Of a stretch of DNA of 40,767 bases, positions 26,555 through 37,592 are shown piece by piece. Position 1 is the stretch's first letter; the number at the start of each line of letters is the position of its first letter. This DNA is from Welwitschia mirabilis (Eukaryota): contig JBOZIK010000001.1 in assembly GCA_051453625.1 (NCBI GenBank), positions 47,913,157 through 47,953,923 on the forward strand, in the 5' to 3' direction. The notes beneath the pieces are model-generated. The model had not been told where the DNA came from. It saw only the letters and a program-made list of their open reading frames with translations, and searched no databases. Made by a program: the position numbers and the translations under genes.

Positions 26555-27771
26555 TGTTGTGATATGTAATTTTGTAACTTTCTGTCCTTTATCAAATCTT
26601 ACTAATTAAAAATTTATATAGTGTTAAATATAATACACTAGTATAATTGGGAGTGATTCAAATGTTATAAACCTACTGAAGAAAAGAAGAGGGAGAATTA
26701 ATTTTTGAGAAAACATTGTATCTAAACTTAAGAATAATGCAAGAATAAAAAACATGAAATGTAATGTAAATGCACTTGATCTATGTGAATACCTATCTGA
26801 TTACTGAATCGACTTATCAAGAAGATTGACACTGTATAATCTAAATTAGTAGGAATATTATCACTAATTAAGACTAACTTAGGCTATCAACTAAGTTGAA
26901 TAAAGGGTAAAGTAAAATGCTGCTAAACTACAATTATTAACCTTAATAAAAATTACCCTTAAGATCTATATCATTAATGAGACTGTTACCAAAAACATAA
27001 GGAATATAAATAATATTAATGAATAAAAGAAATAGAGTTTGTATTAAAGCTAAAAAAACATCAAGGCTACAAATTAGCCATGCCTCAATGGAGGAGGCAT
27101 AGCCCAATGCCAAGGAAACATATCTTTGCAACTACTCAAGATGAATTTTTCATCCTTCGATCTCCTGTCATAAGAATTTGCACTTCATCAAAGATGAGAG
27201 GAGGATTGAAAGAAAGGTTTATTTACATAATAAATAAGGCATAACCATCATTCAAAATATGCTAAAAAATCTATTCAAATCAAAGAAGGAGATAGATAAA
27301 ATGGATGAAAGCCGATCAGCCATTTCAGTTATCATCCTAGCTTTTATGGGGATGATCCCTGGGATGATCATTCATGAGTTATCATTTATCATCCTTCATG
27401 TCATAGGGACGACAATGGGGATGACACCTTCATAATAGAGAACTTCATTAGTTCTAGCTCCAGTCCATGTCAGCATCCTAATTGGCTTGTATAGTTCTAT
27501 TGTCCAGTCTATGGTGGGGACGATAGTGGAAATGATAGTTCTCCTTATTTATTTAATTGAAGAGAATTTAGCCTCCAGCATTATTGATCTACTTCTAAAG
27601 CACTGAGCATTAAAATATGCCTGAAATACCTCTAAACATGTTAATAATTTCATGTTTCGTGATCATCTACCAATTCTCTATAATCCTCATAATTGCATCT
27701 AAACCTGTATAAATGTCCTACAAAATATCTTATATCACCTCATTAAATACATAGAATTTGGAAACACATCA
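26555..27771 (-). repeat. 5' LTR (LTR-B, ~1.2 kb)
   Basis: TG...CA termini (TGTTG at 26555, CATCA ending 27771). Colinear with the other two LTRs and adjacent to a PBS. Confidence 0.9.
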
Positions 27772-28102
27772 ATAACCTCGTTTATGTTTTTTATAGCATT
27801 TCTTTTTAGTAATTAGATTTAATAAATTAGTCTACTCCTTGTGATTTGATGTGATTTTGAAAATTTCTATCTAAAAATTCATATATCACATACTTATTTG
27901 GTATTTCTAAATCTTAGTTTTATAAAAGACAAAATAACTCTACATGAAATTTTTATAGAAAAAAGAAAGAATTTTCCATTGGAAAATGATGCTTATATGT
28001 ACAAAAAAAGACCTCTACATGAAATACTTGATGAAGAATAAGGGATTTCCAATTAAATAACAAATTCAAGAATGTTAAGAAGCCTTTACAAGAAATTTTT
28101 GC

Positions 28103-28202
28103 NNNNNNNNNNNNNNNNNNNNNNNNNNNNNNNNNNNNNNNNNNNNNNNNNNNNNNNNNNNNNNNNNNNNNNNNNNNNNNNNNNNNNNNNNNNNNNNNNN
28201 NN
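28103..28202. other. Assembly gap (100 N, probably unsized)
   Basis: Run of exactly 100 N. Confidence 0.97.
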
Positions 28203-29326
28203 ATTAGAATGAATTGCGATTTTGAAAAGTGGTCACTTCTTTTTTCTTTTTTCTAATAGTTGCTTCACTTATAAATCTCTTAATGAAGACTTCCTAGACT
28301 TGATTCCAAGTTTTTATATTCTTTTAGGGTATAGTTCTTAATCAATGTTTTTTCTTTCCTTTTAACGTAATAGGAAAATAACCATATATGTATGATTACT
28401 AATTCTTTTCTTTCCATTTTTGGAGGTGAGAACTAACTATTCAATGTCTACAATGTATTGGAGGGGATCCTCATCATTTTCGCCACTAAAGATGGGATAG
28501 GCATTTAATTTTTCAATTCAACATCATCTCCTGGGGGTAAATCAAAAGAAGTTTGTATTTCCTGTTTTCTATTGGCTATTAGTTCCTTAAGGGTAAGATT
28601 TGCATTAGGGCAAGGGGTTGAAGATTCTATGACTTATTTTTGTTTTTGTGTAGCATTCGATATCTTAAAACTATCTTCTTTTAAATTATCTTCTAAAAAA
28701 TTTTATTTCATAGAATCCGATTCTGAAAAGATAAACACAGAAGGAATATTGTATGCACCTGGGAATTATTTACTAGACTCTAATTCAAAGTCGATCAATC
28801 CTTCTCTAATATTTTCTTCTATTAACATCCTTTCTCTCTAATATTTCTTTCCCATATTGATCATATCATTGCATCGTTAAAATAGAAAAAAATAAAAATA
28901 AAATAACAAACAACTAATAGTCCTCCATCTGGTCATGGGGATGGTGTAGGGGATGATGGAGATAGATTATTGTGAAACTCAAAAATTGCTGTAAGCAGAA
29001 ATTGTGAGCAGAAAACAAAAACAGAGGTTGTCATCCACCTTGTCATGGGGATGACAGAGAAGACAATAGTTATTTTACTATTGCTACATAAACAAAAAAT
29101 AAAATTTACAAACAAAAAATAAACAGGAAGATTTATGTTGTCATTCCCGATATCGTCTAGACGACAGAGAGGATGGAAAACTGTTATTACAAACTGAGAA
29201 AAACTGAAAACTGTGAACAGAAAACCTACGATTCCTAAATGGAAATACAATGTTGCTATAGATAAATATTTAAGCTGGAATTTTACTCACTTGAGTGATG
29301 ATAATCCTCGTGCTCCTCAGCACCCT

Positions 29327-29344
29327 TCCTTGGCAATAGCGTCA
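29327..29344 (-). promoter_or_regulatory. Degenerate primer-binding site (tRNA-Asp type)
   Basis: Minus strand TGACGCTATTGCCAAGGA matches TGGCGCCGTTGCCGGGGA at 13/18 positions, and all differences are transitions. Confidence 0.82.
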
Positions 29345-29347
29345 AGA

Positions 29348-30592
29348 TGTTATGGTATGTAATTTTGCAACTTTATGTCCTTTACCAAATCTTATTAACC
29401 ACCAATATATATTTTTTAAAATAAGATGCACTAATATGAATGGAAGTGACCCAAATGTCATAAATCCATTGAAGATGTGTGAGAGAAGAAGGAGAATTGA
29501 TTTTCAAGGAAAATATTGTAATCTAGACTTAAGAACAATACAAGAGAGTAAACATACAATGCAGTGCAAATGCACTTAATCTAGATGAATACCTATCCTA
29601 TTACCAAATCGACTTGTCAAGAAGATTAACCTTATATAACCTAAATCAGTCAGGGAGACTATCATTAACTAAGACCAATTTAGTCTATCAATTAATTCGA
29701 ATGAAGTGTAATGCAAAATGCTTCTAAACTACTATCGTCAACCTTAACAAAGGTTGTCATTAAGACCTATATCATTAATGAGACTGTCACCGAATTGTAA
29801 ATAACATAAACCATAAGGGATATTAGAAGTTTAAATGCACAAAAGAAATAAAGTTTGTATTATGAATTAAACCATCATCTAGATTACAAAATAGCCGCAT
29901 CTCAATGGAGGATCCATAGCCCTTCGCCAAAGAAACATCTTTTTGCAACTACACAAGATGGATCTCTCATCCTTCGATCTCCTATCACAAGAATTGCCAG
30001 TGTATCGAAGATGATAGGAGGATCAAAGGAAGGATTTATTTATATAGCAAAGAAGGCAAAACCGTCACTCAAAATGCACTAAAAAACACACTCAAATTAG
30101 AGAAAGAAATAGATGAAATGGATGAAAGTCAACCAATCATTTCAGTTGTCATCCTGACTATCATGGGGATGACCTAGGGGACGATGGTGCATGAATGATC
30201 AGTTATCGTCCTACATGTCATGGGGATGACCATGGAGATGACACCTCTTTATAAAAGAGGACTTCATTTGTTCCAGCTCCAGTCCACATTAGCATTTCCA
30301 TATAGCTTGTGCAGGGTTGTCATCCTGCCTGTCATAGGGATGACGGTGGGGACGACCGTCCTCCTTATCTTGTTAACTCTAGAGAAGTTAGCTTCTAGCA
30401 TTATTAATCTTCGTCCAAAGCCCTGAGCATCAGAATATTCCTGAAATGCCTCTAAATATGCCAAGAATTGTGTATTTCATTGATCATCCATCAATTCTCC
30501 AGAATCCTCAAAATTGCATCTAAACCTATATAAATGTCTTGCAAAATAACTCATAACACCCCATCCAATACATACAATTTAGCATTGCATCA
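29348..30592 (-). repeat. 5' LTR (LTR-C, 1245 bp)
   Basis: TG...CA termini (TGTTA at 29348, GCATCA ending 30592). Colinear with LTR-A and LTR-B and adjacent to a PBS. Confidence 0.9.
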
Positions 30593-32199
30593 ATTACACA
30601 TGCTTTTTATCTTAATCCATTAGGTGAGTTAAGTTTTATAGATTCCAATGTTCAAAACACTAGCTCTAAACAAAGAAGTGCTGAGACAGAAGAGACGTAG
30701 GCATGTCCAATGATGACTAAACTTGATTTAGACATTTTATAGATGTAGAAGTAGCTTGATTTTACCATTTTAGTTATAATTTAAACCTTTGGTATGTATA
30801 ATTGAGACCTTATTATTTATGTAATGGGCTCATCTATGTCTTTATGAATACTAACTTTATGAATTCTTTATTATATTGTTAAAGAAGTTGGTTCTTTGAA
30901 TATATGATATTGCTTTTAATTGTTATGTGTTTAAATCAATGAACATTCACTTGATTTTAAATGTAAAGTCAATGTGTATGACCATGTTTGGAGGTCATTT
31001 ATTTTATCATATTTTGAAAAATTTTATATTAATTTTAGCTCAAAAATGTTGGGTTTTACCTTAAAGAATATAAATTGAGGTTGTTTACAAAATTTGGGCT
31101 TTTTTAACTTATTGTGCTTGACTTTCAACTTAAAGTCATTATCTGTGACCCATGCAACCTAAAGTGTATACATCACTCTTAGTTTTATGTAACATCCATC
31201 TTTAAGGTGTGTTTGTACCATTTTTATGTCGCTTCGAAGTTGGTAAGATATGTTTTGTGGAAAATGCTAGCTTTAAATCTTACATGTAAGTTTTTATTAT
31301 GCAACTATAGTAACTCTTTTTACATTTAGTTATCCTTCTATCCCTTTTTTGTGTAATATCGCATTATTCATTAAGTGCAACTTGGGTTATCGTACTGATT
31401 GCCTATTTATGATTATGACGATTGTGTGTTATAACTAATCCATATTTCTAGATCATAAGACATATAATATTTTACTAATCATCCACTAGGATTTGTTGGA
31501 TTTGTAAGTAGCCACCCTCTTATGAGGTATAGATAAGAACTGTACTAACACATTTTTGCATCTTTTATAGCATACTTTTTCTTTGTGAATAGATATTTTT
31601 TCATCCACATCTCTTTTTTGCAAAATATAATATTTGAAATTGTAGTGTAACATAAGTTGATTTGGTTTCATGCAATGGATTTAGATGATACATTTATTAT
31701 GAAATTCTCAAGTGAAATTTTCTTAATCATTTTAGAATAAAGGTAAATTTAAGTTATTAACTTATGATCTTAAGTTATGTAAGATGTCAAGTCAATGCTA
31801 TAATACTATTTAATTATATTCTCAAGGTGATTATAAATAGATTTATATTAATTATTAGCTAATTAAAAATACATTTAAATAGCAATATATTTTCACTATG
31901 CGATAATGTATTAAGTTTGGAAATGAAGCCTACAAAGAAGAAACTTTAATGCATCATACAATGTTAAGCTAGATATTCACTTTTAATTGCTTTTTAAAAA
32001 TCTAGGTTGTTTTTATTAGTAGATAGGTTTCTTTATAATACTAGATTACTATTCTTATATTAAAAATAAACTGAAACTGAATTTTTATCATGTTCGAAGG
32101 CCCAATAAATCTATTGGATAGAGGAAATGATCATGTCATGGAATACAAAGATAGATTTAGTAAAGCGTCCAACAACCACTAGATGCAATATGAAAAAAT

Positions 32200-33250
32200 C
32201 AAAGATATTTCTTATAGTCCTATTGAATTTTTTCTTATAGATTCTGTAGCAACACAAAAAAGTAAAACATGTTCTTTGTCTTTAAGGGCTCCTATATTAT
32301 ACAATCTGCATGTTAGCTCTTCTCTAGGCATGCTATTCCATCTTTCACTTTCGATTCTGAGATGATGTGACTTAATCGAAATTTGCTAATAAGGTTGCAC
32401 ATCTTCATTGGGATTTTTGTTGTTACATAGTGAATTGGTGAATCAAACTGATTATGGCGTATATGCCCAAAATAAAACTTCCTCTTGCCTTGTACATTTG
32501 TCCATAATTTTATTNNNNNNNNNNAATGAAACTACAAATCTTAGTGGAATTGGTTTGAACATTCTCCCAAGAAATATCCCACTTTTTAGCCACTACATTC
32601 TCTAAAAACTACCATCCTTTCTCTTTTGTAGCTTCAAGAACTGCTTGCGAAAATTTTTGTTGCTTTACTTCCATTAGCTTTAAAGTGTAAGGGCAAAGTA
32701 ATGCATGGCTTCAACTTCAATGGTCAAAAAATCACATTCTAATAGCATCATAGGATACGGTGTTTGAATCTTTACCTTAGGTTTACCTAGTAAGAACAAT
32801 TTCTGCACTCTCTCAATATCTTTTCAATTTCTTTCACTTATAGTTAGCCCCCAAACTGGACATCCATATAAAATAGTAGGATACACCATGGATTGAAAAA
32901 CTTGTTTGCGAACTTGCCAAAACCAAATCCCTAGTGAACTACATTTATTTTTTATAGAATAGAAAGCTTTAATTCTACCCACTATCCTCTCTTTAATGCA
33001 TTTGTCCCATCTATAGTTATTAAAGTAACAAAGACCCAAGTATCGAGAGGCTTCTACTATTTTAATTTTCTCCCCATTGAATTTAAAATCCAATTGGGTG
33101 TTCTTGGTGCTCCACATCATCAATTTAGTTTTGTTGGTGAGCAAGCATAAGTACTTTGCAATTTCCACTGACATTATCAAAGGAGAAAACATTAAAATAC
33201 TTAATTGCATGACACTAAGCATAAAAGCCTTGTGCCCATTACTATGCCTA
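32200..33250 (-). mobile_element. Decayed non-LTR retrotransposon ORF2 C-terminal fragment (L2/CR1-group-like)
   Basis: ORF 32824-33222 has RT end and thumb motifs (KTKLM, RYLG, VYPTILYGCPVWG), followed by IERVQK. Manual translation of ~32225-32395 (one frameshift) gives LISKFRL/SHHLRIESERW..PREELTCRL..G...DKEHVLLFC..SIR, a CCHC-type C-terminal motif. Confidence 0.8.
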
Positions 33251-34210
33251 CTATTATAATAACATATTTGAATTTCTTATAATTTTGATAAACAATGTAA
33301 AATCCAAAGATTGAAAATAGTATAATATCTATATTAAAAAATAAAAATTAAAACAAAGAATTTACCACATCAATGGGGACATTTAAGAGATTGCAATGTC
33401 ACTTTCTTTTGTTAGGGATTTATTTGCTTGAAAAAATAATTTTAAGGTAATTAGCAATGTATACTGGAGATCTTCTTGTTGTGAAGTTTTTAGAAATTCT
33501 CTTTAACTATCTTTTTTAGGCTTCTAAAATCTAGTGGAAAATAACTTGTCTTCTCCTCCATCTCAGAAATTCAGAGAAACTACTAATTTCATATCCTTTT
33601 CTTAGGAACTATAATGCCTTCTGTTATTAATTCTCAAATTAAAAATAAAATAAACCAAAAAAAATATGTTCCAAGGATCAATATTAATACCATGTTCTAA
33701 ATAACTTGAAAATAAGCATAATACTTAAAAAGATTAGTAAAATTAAATAGTAAAATAAGTCATAACATCATACTTGTGGAAAGAGAATTGAATATGTCGT
33801 TTTGTGTGATCGTTATTATAAATTACTTTTTCCTCTAGTTCTAGCATGTTTCGAAGAATTATTACTCACAACACTTATCAACAACTAATTAATGTCACCT
33901 AATTATCTATGTCTCAAGAATAGAGGCCCTTATAGAGTGTCTCTTTGGGCTCCAATTCAGATCCATTTGAAGATGAAAATTGTGATTGCTTCTCTTGAAA
34001 TACAGAGTAGCAAATTGCTTTAGATGATAAAAAGTATAGATTATTAACTTCATTCCGAATGCTAAGATGATTTTATTACTAACACATTAACAGGACAGGG
34101 AAAGTTTCAAAAAGCTAAAAAGGCTTTGATGAATGTTGCATCCTTTATGTAGATGAACAATGGTAAGTGTGTAAGGAAAGGGTTATAAGAGGTGTGAACT
34201 TAAAAGCAGT

Positions 34211-34282
34211 AGCTCATTGAGTAGTTCTTTCTGATCTTTGATGTAGAAAGCTCATCAGGTAGTTCCTTGTGATCTTTGATGT
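34211..34282. repeat. Two-copy imperfect tandem duplication (38-bp period)
   Basis: AGCTCATTGAGTAGTTCTTTCTGATCTTTGATGT at 34211 and AGCTCATCAGGTAGTTCCTTGTGATCTTTGATGT at 34249. Confidence 0.85.
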
Positions 34283-34686
34283 TTCTTCTATTCTTGAAAG
34301 GAACCCAAGAAACGTATAAGGAAAGACTCGGTTGCCTTTAGCTTTTTAAGACCGTACCTTAATGAGAAAAAGAGAGCGATACTTTACAACGATAAAATGA
34401 GGTTGCTTAGACATGTAGAGCTAATGCATTGGCCACTCCAAAAGCCCACCAGCATTGATCATATGATGAAGAAACTGCCAAAATCTAAAGCAAACTATCC
34501 ACCACAGCAAATATTCTCTCCACATAAGACAAAGGGCATCCCTTTTTAGGTCTCATCAGCAACGTGGGAGGCACTGCTTCCTCCCAATTAAAACATTAGA
34601 CATGAGAATATGAAATAAGAGCGATGCGCCCTCATCACATCACATGTTTTGCGCTAAGCCTTCAATTTTTCATTACTCTAATAACC

Positions 34687-34805
34687 AATTGTTATTAAGA
34701 TGTTTAACTTCACACCCTTAGTCTTCTTTTGGAGTATAGTTAAATTATTATTAAGAGGTTTAACTTGATACCCTTAGTCTTTTTTTTTTTATTTTAGTGT
34801 AGTTA
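34687..34805. repeat. Two-copy imperfect tandem duplication (~56-63 bp)
   Basis: AATTRTTATTAAGA-K-GTTTAACTT...ACCCTTAGTCTT...AGTRTAGTTA occurs at 34687 and again at 34743. Confidence 0.8.
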
Positions 34806-35199
34806 CTCTTAAATAAATAACTTAATTATGTTAAACGTTTCAAGTACTATAATCACCCTAATAAATAATTTAATTATATTTAAGATTTAGCATTTACAAT
34901 TAACCAAATGAATAAATTTTTCTAACTTCTTAAAAGTATAACCATTATAATTAATTGAATAAATCTTTTAATTACACCTAAAATCTCAAGTCTCAAGTCT
35001 CAAGATAGAGCACTATAATCACCTATGAGAAAATGCCAATTAAACTATTAAAAAAGTTCAAACTCGGAGCGTCTCTTATGCGGAGGACAAATGTCCAACA
35101 AGTGAGACTCCAGTACCATTGACAAACCAGTTATTATTATTATTATTAATAACGCTACTCTAATTATTATCATTAACAAAGTAAAAAATATGAAAGAAA

Positions 35200-37592
35200 G
35201 TCTACGTGTCAGAAGTTGGAAGCTCGGCGTTGAATGATTAGGCGGCAGCAGCCATTGAAATCCCGATTTTAAGAAACTCTCACGCGTCCTGCTAATACCT
35301 GTAAATGCGCAGTCAATCAATCATGTGACATGTGATGTGAGGCGTGTGGTGTGAGGTGTGAGCGCGAGCTTCAAGCACTCTGCAAAGTCGCAAAACTTTG
35401 CCATGCCACGAGATTACTATTTTAATTAATAACAACAAGTAGATTGATGACGGTGGATTTGATGGACGACGCGCGTAACCGCAGGTTATGGTTCTGTTTG
35501 GAATTGTTTGGTTTTGATCGGTTCGGTTTGGTTGTGGCGTGGCGTTAGCGTGCAGTGGACCTTCTTTTAGCTCAGTTTAGTTTTCTTTGCTGTGGTTTGC
35601 TTTGCTTCTTGCAGGCTTCCAGCTTTATCGTAGTTGGAAGGCTTAACATCTGAATGTGACTATGCCTGTGACGATGACTCCGTTTCTTTGTTGCCAAGTC
35701 ACCTGCTCGGAAGGCAAGGTTCTTGATACTTGTTTGTTCATCGAGGATTCGCGGTTTCTCTTGGGAAATTCCCATTCGTCGGAAAGCTAAAATGCCGCAA
35801 CACAAGACTTGTCTTGTCGAGCACGATCAGACGCCGTATGCGTTTATCTTTTTCAAAAATCGCAGAGAAAACACGATTCCGTTAAGGAATGATAGAAATT
35901 AAGAGAATTATGAGGAAGTTTCGTTTAGGCGAGATCTTTCTCCGCCTCTGCATTTACCAGTCAAGGAAATTTGCGCTCGCTCTAAATTAAACACGTCTTT
36001 CTCCGCGTTTGCATGTGTCTGTAAACGGAATTGACATTAAACGCTAAGAGAAACAAAAAATTTCGCCAATCGGAAACCTTCGCCGAGTCTAATTTGGTTT
36101 GCGAGGCAAGTAAAGTCCGATTCGATCGGCTCAAAGAATGTCGAGGAATAGGAATAAGCGGAGTTTCTTTAATCGGCTGCTTCCGCCGCATTTACGTTTT
36201 ACTCGGCTCAAGATAAACCACAACAGAAACGGAGAAGAAACTTCATTGATCGCCTTCTTTGACTTAGAGAAATCCGGAAGCACAATTATTCATAACGGCC
36301 GAAATAATCACGATTTACTACATAAAATATGATAACGCTTGAACTATTTACAGAAAGTAACGATCACGGTTTACTCGTGTAGTCGCTTACCGTTGAAAGC
36401 TATCATTTACTCGTGGTTAGGGTTCCAATGTTACAACGCACCAGAATTAGAAACGGTGGAGGATCCGCGATGCTTGACGGTTGCAATGGATTGTGCAACC
36501 TCTCCTGGAACACTCTACATGTAACGTAATTATGGTTATATGTTTGATTCGGAAACTGGTAAAAACTTGGAATTACAGTACTGTACATGATCGTGCACGA
36601 TCTCTAGAAGTTGCAGGGGAGGCGATTCTACGCAACGCAAGGAGAGGAGACTCAACCAGACGGAAGCATGTAATCCACGTGACGTAAATTCAGAGCAGAC
36701 TTGATTCGACTGGACTAACTGGACTGGTACAAAAGCAACCGCAAAACTCTTTCCCTTTCTTTACCATTTTCCTTATTGGTTTTTTTTTTTTAACGCAGTC
36801 GAATTGAATTCGGTAGGGCCTGCCGTCTGCGTCTAACGCGGATGGATGATATACGATTCTGTCAATCCAAGCCAAAGTTAAGGTAATACCAAATACTAAT
36901 ACTAAAACTAAATCCGATAAGTTTTCATTTTGTGGAGAGTCAAATGTTGCACGTCGGCGAAGAATCCACATGGCACGTAGACGCAGACCAGCTGTATCGG
37001 TTACTTACAGCGCCGGTCTCTTTGCTGGAACTCTAAGTTGTGCTTTGCCTCTTCTCCTCCTTTTTGTTGTCCTGCATTGATTCTCCTTCCTCTTCTTTCT
37101 CTACTTCTACTGCCGCTTCTGCTGCCAACTAAGTGGTGGTGCAGTTGTTTGATTTCTTGGGTTTGTTGTCGTCGCTGTTGATTCTACTTTCTATTTGGGC
37201 TGCTGGGCCTTTTTCCGGTTAAAAAATGAAGGGATACTTGGCAGTCAGATGATGGAAAGAAGACGTCGGACGGATTCACCGGCCTTGTGCGTATAAGTGT
37301 ACCCACCCAACCGCTTCCCATCTGCCGCCCTCCACACGCCTCCTAGTTTTCTTCACTTATTCGTTGTTTGGTTTTGTTCCAATTCTCAATTGGCGATTCG
37401 CTTGCTTGACCGCTTCCTTTGCCTTCGCCTTTGCCCCTTCCTTCCGCTTCCGCTTGCTATTTACTTAGTGCCCCCCCTGCTCTTAAGTACACACACCACA
37501 ACAACATCACCCACTCAATCGTCTTCTTCGTGTCCAAATCCATTGGTCTTTCTTTCTTCAGAAAGCTCATTCATTGCAGAGTAGAGCAGCAA
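35200..37592 (+). promoter_or_regulatory. Putative upstream regulatory region and 5' UTR of the zinc-finger gene, with CAMTA (CGCG), ABRE/G-box, TGACG and DRE-like motifs
   Basis: ACGTGTC 35204, ACGCGT 35282, ACGCGCGT 35469, CCGCGTT 36003, CACGTG overlapping TGACGT 36676-36685, AACGCGG 36835, GTCGGC (reverse GCCGAC) 36953. CpG-rich compared with the TE region. Function is inferred from motif matches only. Confidence 0.5.

Larger units (their letters stand above)
17329..27771 (-). mobile_element. Near full-length degenerate Athila-like Ty3/gypsy retrotransposon (LTR-PBS-gag-PR-RT-RH-INT-PPT-LTR)
   Basis: All domains are in gypsy order on the minus strand: gag ~23800-25990, protease 23262-23774 (ALID, LLLGRDF), RT ~22150-22800, RNase H ~21590-21950, integrase ~20180-21450. 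LTRs lie at both ends, with PBS 26534-26551 and a PPT near 18542-18556. Confidence 0.93.
28203..30592 (-). mobile_element. 5' part of another copy of the same gypsy family (LTR, PBS, leader, start of gag), cut by an assembly gap
   Basis: 28203-29347 aligns by eye with 25360-26554. LTR at 29348-30592. Confidence 0.9.

Noticed and set aside
30148..30356. Spaced palindromic repeats resembling a CRISPR array
   Set aside because: Spacing is irregular, the units are degenerate, they lie inside a plant LTR, and there are no cas genes.
30593..30720. HAFYLNP peptide resembling a hAT transposase motif next to LTR-C
   Set aside because: The match is only 7 residues, and supporting motifs are not in the expected order.
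35048..37584. Many short ORFs upstream of the gene, and others antisense to it
   Set aside because: No recognisable domains, many use non-ATG starts, and such ORFs are expected by chance in GC-richer DNA.
37419..37592. 58-aa N-terminal extension of the zinc-finger ORF
   Set aside because: It starts at TTG and reads like pyrimidine-rich promoter or 5' UTR sequence. The first in-frame ATG is 37593.
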